Shown here piece after piece: positions 9,908 through 18,436 of a stretch of 64,000 nucleotides of DNA. Position numbers and translations under genes: made by a program. The number at the start of each line of letters is the position of its first letter. The first letter of the stretch is position 1. Origin of the DNA: an uncultured Actinomycetes bacterium (GTDB lineage: Bacteria > Actinomycetota > Thermoleophilia > Gaiellales > Gaiellaceae); assembly GCA_963743495.1 (NCBI GenBank), contig CAVUPO010000003.1, positions 259,738 to 323,737 of the forward strand, written 5' to 3'. The notes below the pieces were generated by a model, which searched no databases, was not told where the DNA came from, and was given only the letters and a program-made list of their open reading frames with translations.

Positions 9908-10710
9908 GACGCCGCTCCCGTGGTCGCCGCCTTGCCGAGGTACGCCTCGATCACGCGCTCGTCGTTCTGGACCGCGCTCGGCGGGCCCTCGGCGATCTTC
10001 TCGCCGTAGTCGAGCACGGTGACCCGGTCCGAGATGCCCATGACCACCTTCATGTCGTGCTCGATCAGGAGCACGGTAAGCCCCCGCTCGGCGCGCAGGT
10101 TCGAGGTGAACTCCGTGAACGTCGCGGTCTCCTGCGGATTCATGCCGGCGGTCGGCTCGTCCAGCAGGAGCAGCTGCGGGTCGGTGGCCAGGGCCCGCGC
10201 GACCTCGAGGCGACGCTGGTCGCCGTACGGGAGGTTGCGCGCGAGCGAGTTGTCGCGGTTCGTGAGCCCGCAGAAGGCGAGGAGCTCACGGGCACCGTCG
10301 ACCGCCTGCTTCTCCTCCCGGCGGACGCGCGGGAGCCGGAAGATCGCCCCGAGGACGCCGCCCTTGAGGCGGTGGTGCATGCCGACCTGGACGTTCTCGA
10401 GCGCGGTCATGTACTCGAAGAGGCGGATGTTCTGGAACGTCCGCCCCACGCCGAGCCGCGTGATCTGGTGGGGCGCCTTGCCCGTGACGTCGTGACCGTC
10501 GAAGCCGATCCGCCCCGCCGTCGGCTTGTAGACGCCCGTGAGCATGTTGAAGAACGTCGTCTTGCCCGCGCCGTTCGGACCGATCAGGCCGACGATGGAC
10601 TTGCGCGGGATCAGGAAGTCGACGTCGTTGACGGCGACGAGGCCGCCGAACTCTTTGCGCACGCTCTGCGCGACGAGGAGGTTGTCGCCCGACACCGACG
10701 CCGCCGTCAC
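9904..10710 (-). CDS. livG: Branched-chain amino acid ABC transporter ATP-binding protein (LivG type)
   Basis: GPNGAGKTTFFNMLTG, YGDQRRLEVARAL, LLLLDEPTAGM. Confidence 0.85.
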   Translation of the reverse strand: MTAASVSGDNLLVAQSVRKEFGGLVAVNDVDFLIPRKSIVGLIGPNGAGKTTFFNMLTGVYKPTAGRIGFDGHDVTGKAPHQITRLGVGRTFQNIRLFEYMTALENVQVGMHHRLKGGVLGAIFRLPRVRREEKQAVDGARELLAFCGLTNRDNSLARNLPYGDQRRLEVARALATDPQLLLLDEPTAGMNPQETATFTEFTSNLRAERGLTVLLIEHDMKVVMGISDRVTVLDYGEKIAEGPPSAVQNDERVIEAYLGKAATTGAAS

Positions 10711-11945
10711 TCGTGCCGCTCCCCGTAGAGGGTGTCGGTCGCGAGGCCGCCTTCCTCCAGCTCGCGCTTGTGTCGCGATTCCGGTATCAGCCCGACGGGC
10801 CGGAAGAGCATCATCAGCACGATGATGATGCCGTAGAGCCCGAACTGCACCTCGGTGACCTCGAATCTGAGGGGGGTCTCACGGTTGACCCAGCCCCCGA
10901 TGTTCGCGAGCCCCTCCTGGTTCAGCCACGTCAGGATCGCGCCTGCGACGACGACGCCCCAGACGCTTCCCATCCCGCCGAGGATGACCATGCAGAGCAG
11001 GAAGACGGAGATGTTGAAGTAGAACTCGCTCGGGAACGCGCCGCCCTTGAAGCTCGCGTAGAAGGCGCCCGCCACCCCGCCGAAGAAGGCCCCGATCGCG
11101 TACGACCAGGTCTTGGTGCGCATGAGCGGGATGCCCATCGCGGCGGCCGCGGTCTCGTCCTCGCGGATGGCAACCCACGCGCGGCCCAGCCGTGAGTCGC
11201 GCAGGCGCACCGAGCAGAAGATCGTGATCATGAGCAGGGCTAGGGCGCTCCAGTAGAAGAGGTTGATCTTGTCGAACGACTGCTGGAAGCTGATCGGAAG
11301 CCCCAGCGAGTCGCTGAGGGACTGGCCGAAGCCGGGCGTGTCGATCGGGTTGATCCCGAAGGCGCCCGCCGTGAGGTTGAAGCCACTGAGGTTGTCGGCG
11401 TTGCGGACGAACTGCGGGATGATCTCGCCGAACCCCAGGGTCACGATCGCCAGGTAGTCGCCGCGCAGCCGGAGAGTCGGGAGCCCGATGAGGATGCCGG
11501 CGAGCGCGGTTATCCCGCCCGCAATCAGCAGCACGACCCAGACGTTGATGTGGATACCCCGGAGCTCGCTGGAGATCCCCACAGAGCCGACGTGGATCTT
11601 CACCTGCTGGAAGTGGCCCGACGCGAGCCAGCCGGCCGTGTAGGCGCCGACCGCGTAGAACGCGACGTAGCCGAGGTCGAGCAGCCCGCAGTAGCCGACG
11701 ACGATGTTGAGGCCGACAGCCATCATGATGAAGACGATCATGATCACGGCCGTGCTGACGCTCGGGAAGTTCTGGATGACGGGCACCGAGGTCGGCAGGC
11801 TGTCGTAGTAGACGGGGTAGAGAGCGGCGACGGCCAGCAGGACGAGGGCCGGGATGAGGCTCTGCGCCCGGCTGGGGAGCCGTCCCCACGCGCGTCCGAC
11901 GCGCTCGCCGAACCCGGGCTGGGCTGCGCCCTCGGTCGCCATCAA
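10707..11945 (-). CDS. livM: Branched-chain amino acid ABC transporter permease (LivM type)
   Basis: 412-aa polytopic membrane ORF (GYCGLLDLGYVAFYAVGAY, LRGDYLAIVTLGFGEI) in the liv operon. Confidence 0.85.
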   Translation of the reverse strand: MMATEGAAQPGFGERVGRAWGRLPSRAQSLIPALVLLAVAALYPVYYDSLPTSVPVIQNFPSVSTAVIMIVFIMMAVGLNIVVGYCGLLDLGYVAFYAVGAYTAGWLASGHFQQVKIHVGSVGISSELRGIHINVWVVLLIAGGITALAGILIGLPTLRLRGDYLAIVTLGFGEIIPQFVRNADNLSGFNLTAGAFGINPIDTPGFGQSLSDSLGLPISFQQSFDKINLFYWSALALLMITIFCSVRLRDSRLGRAWVAIREDETAAAAMGIPLMRTKTWSYAIGAFFGGVAGAFYASFKGGAFPSEFYFNISVFLLCMVILGGMGSVWGVVVAGAILTWLNQEGLANIGGWVNRETPLRFEVTEVQFGLYGIIIVLMMLFRPVGLIPESRHKRELEEGGLATDTLYGERHE

Positions 11946-12967
11946 GCGCCCTCTGGAGTCCGCTCGCCCAGGAGGCCCTCGGGACGGAAGACCAGGATCG
12001 CGATCAGGATCCCGAACACCATCGAGCGGGTCCAGTCAGCGCCGAGCGTCCAGTCCGAAAGGCCCTCGTTCCAGGCCTGGAGGCACCCAATGAGGATGCC
12101 CCCGAGCGCCGCACCGGCCAGGTTGCCGATGCCGCCGAGGACGGCCGCGGTGAAGGCGATCAGGCCCAGCTCGAAGCCGGTGTCGTAGCGCATGTTGAAC
12201 TGGAGCAGGAACATGACGCCCGCCGCGCCCGCCAGTGCGCCCGCGATCAGGAACGTGAACGAGATCGTGCGGTTGACGTTGATGCCCATCATCGCCGCCG
12301 CGTCCTGGTCCTGGGCGACCGCGCGCATCCCCTTCCCCTGCTTCGTCGAGCGCACGAGCCAGGTGAGCAGAAGCAGGAGCGGGATCGTGATGAGGATGAC
12401 CACGACCTTGTTCCAGGCGAGTGAGACGTCGCCGATCGTGAACGCCGGCGAGGTCGGGATCAGGCCGGAGGGGGCGCTGTAGAAGCCGACGCCGTAGAAG
12501 TAGAGGGCGATGTTCTGGACGATGAACGACATGCCGACGGCGCTGATCAGCATCGTCAGCCGCGGCTGGCTGCGGAGGCGCCGGTAGGCGAGGAATTCGA
12601 TCGAGACGTTCAAGGCCGCGCCGAACAGGCCCGTGAGGACGATCGTCACGAAGAGGAGGACGACGACCGTGAGGGCCGCCTCGTCGCCGCTCAGGTTGAG
12701 GATGCGGATCATGATCGTGCTGGCCACGAGCCCCGAGAGGGCGAAGACGTCCCCGTGGGCGAAGTTGATCAGCTGGAGGATGCCGTAGACGAGCGTGTAG
12801 CCGAGCGCGACGATGGCGAACACGCACCCGGTCGTCACGCCGATCAGCGTGACGTTGAGGAAGCGCTGCGGATCGTCGACGAGGTTCCGCAGAAGAGCGA
12901 GGATGAAGAGCCCGACGAGGACGAGCCCCACGATCGACAGGGCGCTCGGGCGGTTGCGCCGACGCAC
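11942..12967 (-). CDS. livH: Branched-chain amino acid ABC transporter permease (LivH type)
   Basis: 341-aa polytopic ORF (LINFAHGDVFALSG, GKGMRAVAQDQDAAAMMGINV); GTG start. Confidence 0.85.
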   Translation of the reverse strand: MRRRNRPSALSIVGLVLVGLFILALLRNLVDDPQRFLNVTLIGVTTGCVFAIVALGYTLVYGILQLINFAHGDVFALSGLVASTIMIRILNLSGDEAALTVVVLLFVTIVLTGLFGAALNVSIEFLAYRRLRSQPRLTMLISAVGMSFIVQNIALYFYGVGFYSAPSGLIPTSPAFTIGDVSLAWNKVVVILITIPLLLLLTWLVRSTKQGKGMRAVAQDQDAAAMMGINVNRTISFTFLIAGALAGAAGVMFLLQFNMRYDTGFELGLIAFTAAVLGGIGNLAGAALGGILIGCLQAWNEGLSDWTLGADWTRSMVFGILIAILVFRPEGLLGERTPEGA

Positions 12968-13030
12968 TCGGCCGAGTGGGGACGGGCTCTCTGTTTTTGC
13001 GTCGACGGCTATGTGCTACTCCCTTGACGA

Positions 13031-13064
13031 GATCGGGGGGAGGGCCATGGCCCTCCCCCCGATC
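13031..13064 (-). promoter_or_regulatory. Perfect 34-nt palindrome (stem-loop) between the binding-protein gene and the first permease gene of the liv operon
   Basis: GATCGGGGGGAGGGCCATGGCCCTCCCCCCGATC equals its own reverse complement. It sits 17 nt after the TAA of the upstream gene and has no U-tract. Confidence 0.55.
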
Positions 13065-13080
13065 GTCTTCGAGTCTGCGT

Positions 13081-14490
13081 TTAGGTGCCCCTCGCAGCCT
13101 GGACGGCGTCCTCCTGCGGGGAGAAGACCGTCTCGACCTCGAGCTGCTCCTCGCCCTTGTACATGGTGAAGCCAACGACCGCCCCGCTTGCCAGGGTCGG
13201 GTCGCCGTTCTCGTTGAACGAGAAGTCGCCCAGGAAACAGCCGGTGCACTGGGTCGCGTACATCGCGTCGATCACGCCCTGACGCGAGTAGTCCCCTGAG
13301 TTCCCGATCGCGTCGAGCATGATCTGGGTGGCCTGCGCCGCGTAGACCGCGTACGGGTCGACGGGGTCGCCGCCCAGCGTCGGCTCGAACTCCGCGATGA
13401 ACTCCTCAGCGGCACCGGTGAACTCGTCGACGGGCACGCCCGCCACAGACATGAAGGAACCGCGGGTGTTCTGGACGCCCGACTCGTCGATCGTCTGCTG
13501 CGTCGTGAAGCCGTCCGGCATGTAGAGCTTGACCGTCTCGTTGTCGCCGAGGACCTTGACCTTGTCCTTGATGACCTGCGCGCCGTTCTCGTCGATCAGG
13601 CCGCCGAGGAAGACGCCGTCCGCCCCGGTCTGCTTGATCTTGTTCATCAGCGCCTCGTAGTTCGACGCCTTCGGATCCCACGCCTCGAAGCCGACGACCT
13701 CGATGCCGAGGAACTCGGCCGCGTTGCGCACGTTCTCGGCGACGCCGAGGCCGTACGCCTCCTTGTCGTTGAGGATGTACAGCTTCGTCGTCCCCTGCGC
13801 CTGCATGAACTCGGCGAGGGCGGCGCCCTGGTACGCGTCGTTCGCGACCACGCGCGTGTAGTTGCGGTTGCCCGTCGGGTAGTACTTCGCGGGCTCGTCG
13901 TCGGCACAGCCCGGCCCGCCCTCCGTCAGGCACACGTAGGTGTTCGCCGGCGAGATCATCGCGAGCCCGCCGCCCGGCGCCTGGTTCAGGACCGGGATCG
14001 CGATCGCAGCGGCACCCGAGTTGAACGTCCCGATCATGCCGAGCACGCTCTGGTTCTCTGCGTAGGCATTCGCGTTCTGACTCGTCTTGCCCGGATCCCA
14101 CTTGCCGGCCTGTGCGGTCGCGTCGTCACAGGACTGGTAGCCGACGTTGACCGCTCCGGCCTTCCAGTCGTTCTGCGCGAGGACCTGCTTGATCGCGGCG
14201 ACCATCTGCAGGGTCTGCGTCCGCGAGGATCCCTGGAGCGGCAGGTCTGAGGCGATCAGGACCTGCGGCTCGCCCTCGCCCTCGTACTCGATGTCGGTGC
14301 ACGATGCCGATGGGAGCGCGGAGACCGGCGGGAGGTCTGGTGCCTCCATCTGATCCTCGCCGCCACCGCTCGTGTCGGCAGGCGCTGCCTCGCCGCCGCC
14401 GTCGTCGTCGTCGCCGCCGCAGCCGACGGCCGCGAATGCGAACGCTCCAATGAGCAGCACCAGTAACCCCAGAATCGTCCTTCGTTTCAC
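13081..14490 (-). CDS. Branched-chain amino acid ABC transporter substrate-binding lipoprotein (LivJ/K type)
   Basis: GTG at 14490 is preceded by GAGGAGGAGCA. Lipobox-like AFAAVGCGGDDDDGG. Type I periplasmic binding fold sequence (KLYILNDKEAYGLG, DGVFLGG). Confidence 0.85.
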   Translation of the reverse strand: MKRRTILGLLVLLIGAFAFAAVGCGGDDDDGGGEAAPADTSGGGEDQMEAPDLPPVSALPSASCTDIEYEGEGEPQVLIASDLPLQGSSRTQTLQMVAAIKQVLAQNDWKAGAVNVGYQSCDDATAQAGKWDPGKTSQNANAYAENQSVLGMIGTFNSGAAAIAIPVLNQAPGGGLAMISPANTYVCLTEGGPGCADDEPAKYYPTGNRNYTRVVANDAYQGAALAEFMQAQGTTKLYILNDKEAYGLGVAENVRNAAEFLGIEVVGFEAWDPKASNYEALMNKIKQTGADGVFLGGLIDENGAQVIKDKVKVLGDNETVKLYMPDGFTTQQTIDESGVQNTRGSFMSVAGVPVDEFTGAAEEFIAEFEPTLGGDPVDPYAVYAAQATQIMLDAIGNSGDYSRQGVIDAMYATQCTGCFLGDFSFNENGDPTLASGAVVGFTMYKGEEQLEVETVFSPQEDAVQAARGT

Positions 14491-14622
14491 TGCTCCTCCT
14501 CTTCGCCCGATTCCTGATTCGGCGCTGCGCCCGGCGAGCACCGTCAGAAGGTGCCCGCGATTATGAACGCGGGTTCAACGCCCTTGCAACCCCTGCCGAT
14601 ACGATGGCCCGGTAGGGCGCGC

Positions 14623-14707
14623 GCCGAAGTGGCGGAACTGGTAGACGCGCTGGACTCAAAATCCAGTGGGGCCTGGCCCCGTGCGGGTTCGATCCCCGCC
14701 TTCGGCA
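14623..14707 (+). tRNA. tRNA-Leu (anticodon CAA); CCA not encoded
   Basis: Acceptor GCCGAAG/CTTCGGC. Anticodon arm CTGGA-CTCAAAA-TCCAG. Long variable arm GGGGCCTGGCCCC. T arm GCGGG-TTCGATC-CCCGC. Discriminator A. Confidence 0.9.
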
Positions 14708-14798
14708 TCCACCACACCTCCTCACCACGCCCTGACCGGCTCATCGATCACAATGGGTACCTCCAAGAAGACGCACGGGAAGGGCCGAAGTTAGAGCA

Positions 14799-15848
14799 AT
14801 GGGAAAACGCGTTGCACTTCTGACAGGCGGCGGCGACTGCCCCGGCCTGAACGCGGTCATCCGGGCGGTCACGCGCCGTTCGCTCGGCCGCGGCTACGAG
14901 GTCGTCGGCGTCCGCGAGGGCTGGCGCGGCCTGGTCGAGGGGAAGTTCGAGGAGCTCGACGCCCGCGCAATCTCCGGGATCCTCCCGCGAGGCGGGACGA
15001 TCCTGGGGACGACGCGCACCAACCCCTACAAGGTGGACGGCGGCGTCGAGCGGGTGCTCCGGCACTTCGCCGCAGAGCGCCTAGACGCGCTCGTCGCCAT
15101 CGGGGGCGAGGACACCCTCGGCGTCGCCTCGCGGCTCTTCGACGAGCACGGCTTCCCCGTCGTCGGAGTGCCCAAGACGATCGACAACGACCTCTCGGCG
15201 ACCGACTACACGTTCGGCTTCGACACGGCATTGACGGTCGCGACGGAGGCGATCGACCGCCTGCACACGACCGCCGAGTCGCACAACCGCGTCATGGTCG
15301 TCGAGGTGATGGGCCGCCACACGGGCTGGATCGCAGTCATGAGCGGCATGGCAGGCGGCGCCGACGTCATCCTCATCCCGGAGCACCCGATCACGATCGA
15401 GGAGGCCTGCGAGGACATCCAGCGCCGACACGAGCGCGGGAAGGACTTCTCCATCGTCGTCGTCAGCGAGGGCTACGAACTCACCTACGCCTCGGGCGCG
15501 ACGCAGCAGGTCGCCCAGGCCCCCGCCGCCACCGACCAGTTCGGCCACGTCCGCCTGGGCGGGGTCGGCGACGTGCTCGCGGCCGAGATCGAGGAGCGCA
15601 CGGGCTACGAGACCCGGGTGACGGTGCTCGGCCACGTGCAGCGCGGCGGCACGCCGACGCCGCACGACCGGATCCTGGCGACGCGCTACGGCCTCGAGGC
15701 GGCCGACCTCGTCGCGGAGGAGCGCTGGGGCGCGATGGCGGCCCTCAAGGGCGACGACGTCGTCGAGGTGCCGCTCCGCGACGCCGTCGCCGAGCTGAAG
15801 ACGGTGCCCCCCGAGTTCTACGAGGCCGCCAAGATCTTCTTCGGCTAG
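14799..15848 (+). CDS. pfkA: 6-phosphofructokinase (actinobacterial ATP/PPi-PFK clade)
   Basis: LTGGGDCPGLNAVIR, IGGEDTLGVA, VPKTIDNDL, MGRHTGWIA, LGHVQRGG. Confidence 0.9.
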   Translation: MGKRVALLTGGGDCPGLNAVIRAVTRRSLGRGYEVVGVREGWRGLVEGKFEELDARAISGILPRGGTILGTTRTNPYKVDGGVERVLRHFAAERLDALVAIGGEDTLGVASRLFDEHGFPVVGVPKTIDNDLSATDYTFGFDTALTVATEAIDRLHTTAESHNRVMVVEVMGRHTGWIAVMSGMAGGADVILIPEHPITIEEACEDIQRRHERGKDFSIVVVSEGYELTYASGATQQVAQAPAATDQFGHVRLGGVGDVLAAEIEERTGYETRVTVLGHVQRGGTPTPHDRILATRYGLEAADLVAEERWGAMAALKGDDVVEVPLRDAVAELKTVPPEFYEAAKIFFG

Positions 15849-16014
15849 CGCGCCGGCCATCCACAGACATCGCGATCGTCCACCGTCCCCTGAAGCCACG
15901 CCCGGGGTCAGACCCAGGACATGGCGCTCCCGGGCTCAGCCGGCGCGGAGGCCCGGCCGCGTGCGGCTTCCGCGCCGGCTCGCGCCGGGGACCGACGGAG
16001 GGTGACACGCCCAG

Positions 16015-16054
16015 CCAGGACGCGACCGGGGTCTGACCCCGGGGCATGTCCTGG
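16015..16054. terminator. Long imperfect hairpin between convergent pfkA and the SpeE-like gene (possible bidirectional terminator)
   Basis: CCAGGAC-GCGA-CCGGGGTC-T-GACCCCGG-GGCAT-GTCCTGG. The inner palindrome also occurs at 15905-15915. Confidence 0.4.
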
Positions 16055-16100
16055 ACGTGGCCGGTCCGGCTCTTCCGCCCCGGCCGCTCCCGGCGTTGCC

Positions 16101-17837
16101 CTACTGGAAGAGGAGCAGCAGCGCGTCAGTCGGCGCGTAGTCGTCCGTGAGGACCGGGACGTCGCCGGTCGGGATGGGCGCGTCGTGGCGGTCGAGGATC
16201 GCCTGCTCGAGGTCGGGCGCGGTCGGGGCTGCCTCCCGGATCTCTCCCCAACGCTCGGCGAGGAACGCCCGCTGCGGGGCCGCCTGCTCGGTGGCGACGA
16301 GGATCAGGTTCCTGAACGTCTCGTCACCCTGATCGCCCGCCAGGATCGCCGGATGGACGAGGACGGTCGGGAAGACCGTGCGGTACGTCCGGTAGATCGA
16401 GCGGAAGAGCCGGGAGCCGGGGCCCGCGATCGAGCCGATCGCGTTCGTGACGACGACGCCGCCCGGATTCAGGCGTGTGCGGACGAGGTCGAGGAACTCC
16501 CGCGTGACGAGGTGGAACGGGATCGCGTCCGCGAAGAAGGCGTCGATGACGATCGCGTCCCAGCGCTCGTCGTCGTCGGCCAGGAAGCGCCGCCCGTCGC
16601 CGATGCTCACCTCGAGCCTCGGGTCGTCCCCGGGGAGCGCGAAGTAGTCGTGCGCCACCTCGACGACGATCGGGTCGATCTCGACCGCGTGCAGGCGGAC
16701 GTCGGCGAAGTCGGCGAGCATCCGCTTCTCTGCCGAGCCCGCACCCAGGCCGATGAAGAGGATGTCGCGCGCGTCCGGCTTGTAGGCCTTCGCGAGGTGG
16801 AAGAGGTCGGTGTAGGCGAAGCGCGTGCGCAGCGGATCGTCCAGGTACATCGCACTCTGGAGGGAGTTGTCGAAGCGGAGGTAGCGGCTGTCGGCGTCCT
16901 CGACGACCGAGAGGCGGTGGTACTGCGTGTCCTTCGAGTAGACGACGCGAAGCTCCGACTGCGCGATCACCGCGCGCGGGTCGCGGGCGTCGAGGACGGT
17001 CTCGGAGCCGCGGAGGCGGTAGAGGGGCGACCAGTTCTGGGCGGCGGCCCCGGAGAGCGTGCCCCCGCTCTCCGGCGCGAGCGAGACGGCGGCGACGACG
17101 GCCCCGGTTGTCGCGACGGCGGCGAGGAGCGCGGCGAGCGCACGGCGCTCGGCGAGGGCGACCACGAGCACCCCAGCGAAGAGCGCCGCCGCCCCGAGGC
17201 CGATCAGCTGGTCGACGCCGAGCTCCGGAACGAGGAAGAAGGCGGTCACCAGCGTGCCGACGATGCTGCCCACGGTCGAGACGGAAAAGAGCCGTCCGGC
17301 CGTCCGCCCGACACGCGCGAGCGACCGCGCGCGCAAACGCACGGCGATCGGCGTCACGCAGGCCATGAGGACGCTGACCGGGAGAAAGAGGATGACCGCC
17401 GCGAGCAGCGGGTTCAGGCGCGGGCCGGCGTCCCAGCCGACGACCACCTCGAGCACCGGCTCGTCGACGAACGGGACGACGAGAACCGCGAGCCCCGCGA
17501 GGCCCATCACCATGAGGAGGAGACCCGTAGCGGGGAGCCGGTCGGCGAGGACGCCGCCCGCCCAGTAGCCGATCGCGAGGCCCGTGAGAACCACGCCGAT
17601 CAGCGAGCCCCACACGTAGAGCGAGTTGCCGAAGAACGGTGCCAGCACCCGGCTGGCGGCGATCTCGACCCCGAGCAGTACCGCTCCTGAGAGGAAGACC
17701 GCAGCCATGATCGCGGCACCGTCGAAACGCCCCGGAGAGCGCGCTCCTCGGCCTCGGCGCGCGCCGGCCGGCCGGCCGTTCCCGCCCCGGCGGGGCTCGA
17801 GGCCCGTTGTCGGACTAGCGCCCTGCTTCGGGGCCAT
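16101..17837 (-). CDS. Membrane-fused spermidine/spermine synthase-like aminopropyltransferase (polytopic N-terminal domain plus SpeE-like methyltransferase-fold domain)
   Basis: N-terminal hydrophobic segments (FFGNSLYVWGSLIGVVLTGLAIGYW...). C-terminal ILFIGLGAGS...HAVEIDPIVVEVAHDYF...WDAIVIDAF. An alternative start is the ATG at 17708. Confidence 0.75.
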   Translation of the reverse strand: MAPKQGASPTTGLEPRRGGNGRPAGARRGRGARSPGRFDGAAIMAAVFLSGAVLLGVEIAASRVLAPFFGNSLYVWGSLIGVVLTGLAIGYWAGGVLADRLPATGLLLMVMGLAGLAVLVVPFVDEPVLEVVVGWDAGPRLNPLLAAVILFLPVSVLMACVTPIAVRLRARSLARVGRTAGRLFSVSTVGSIVGTLVTAFFLVPELGVDQLIGLGAAALFAGVLVVALAERRALAALLAAVATTGAVVAAVSLAPESGGTLSGAAAQNWSPLYRLRGSETVLDARDPRAVIAQSELRVVYSKDTQYHRLSVVEDADSRYLRFDNSLQSAMYLDDPLRTRFAYTDLFHLAKAYKPDARDILFIGLGAGSAEKRMLADFADVRLHAVEIDPIVVEVAHDYFALPGDDPRLEVSIGDGRRFLADDDERWDAIVIDAFFADAIPFHLVTREFLDLVRTRLNPGGVVVTNAIGSIAGPGSRLFRSIYRTYRTVFPTVLVHPAILAGDQGDETFRNLILVATEQAAPQRAFLAERWGEIREAAPTAPDLEQAILDRHDAPIPTGDVPVLTDDYAPTDALLLLFQ

Positions 17838-18423
17838 GCACGAGCTCCTCGAGGACGGCTCCGAAGTCGGGGTCCTGGGCGAGCCCGTGCACGAGAATCG
17901 CGTCCACGCCGGCGCGCTCGAGCGCGAGCACCTGCTCGTGGGAGACGATCCGCGCCTCCGAGACGACGAGCTTCCCCGCGGGCACGTCGGCGAGGAGATC
18001 GAGCGTCAGCTCGAGGTCGTCGTCGTCCTCGTCCAGACTCCGCTCGGAGATGAGGACGATCTCGGGGTCGATGCGCTCGAGCGCCTCCTCGAGCTCCTCC
18101 TCTTCCCGAACGTCCACGGCGAGCCCGAGCCCGAGCTCGGCGGCGACGTCGTAGAGGCTCTCGAGGACCTCGTCGGGCGTCGAGGAGTAGTGGACCACGA
18201 GCGCGTCCGCGCCGGCGCCCACGACCGCCTCCGGGCTGCCGTCCCGCGCCAGGATCGGAAGGCCCGACCGCGCCCTCGCCCGCGCGATGTCGGCCGCGCC
18301 CACAGCGATCGCCTCGGCGCCGGCCGCCTCGGCGAGCGTCGCCAGCGCCTCGACGTCGCCCTCGAGCACGGGGATGACGGAGATGCCGTCGCCCTCGGAG
18401 ATCGCCTCGCTGAAACGGCTCAC
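17815..18423 (-). CDS. Short TrpC (indole-3-glycerol-phosphate synthase)-like barrel protein with non-canonical residues at catalytic positions
   Basis: 202 aa with a GTG start. By eye it aligns to IGPS blocks (GAEAIAV, LPILARD, GADALVV, LGLGLAVDVREEEELEEAL, EIVLISERSL, LVVSEARI, GVDAILV). It lacks the IAEIKxxSPSKG, KDF and INNRDL motifs. Confidence 0.55.
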   Translation of the reverse strand: MSRFSEAISEGDGISVIPVLEGDVEALATLAEAAGAEAIAVGAADIARARARSGLPILARDGSPEAVVGAGADALVVHYSSTPDEVLESLYDVAAELGLGLAVDVREEEELEEALERIDPEIVLISERSLDEDDDDLELTLDLLADVPAGKLVVSEARIVSHEQVLALERAGVDAILVHGLAQDPDFGAVLEELVHGPEAGR

Positions 18424-18436
18424 GAAGGTTTGAAGC

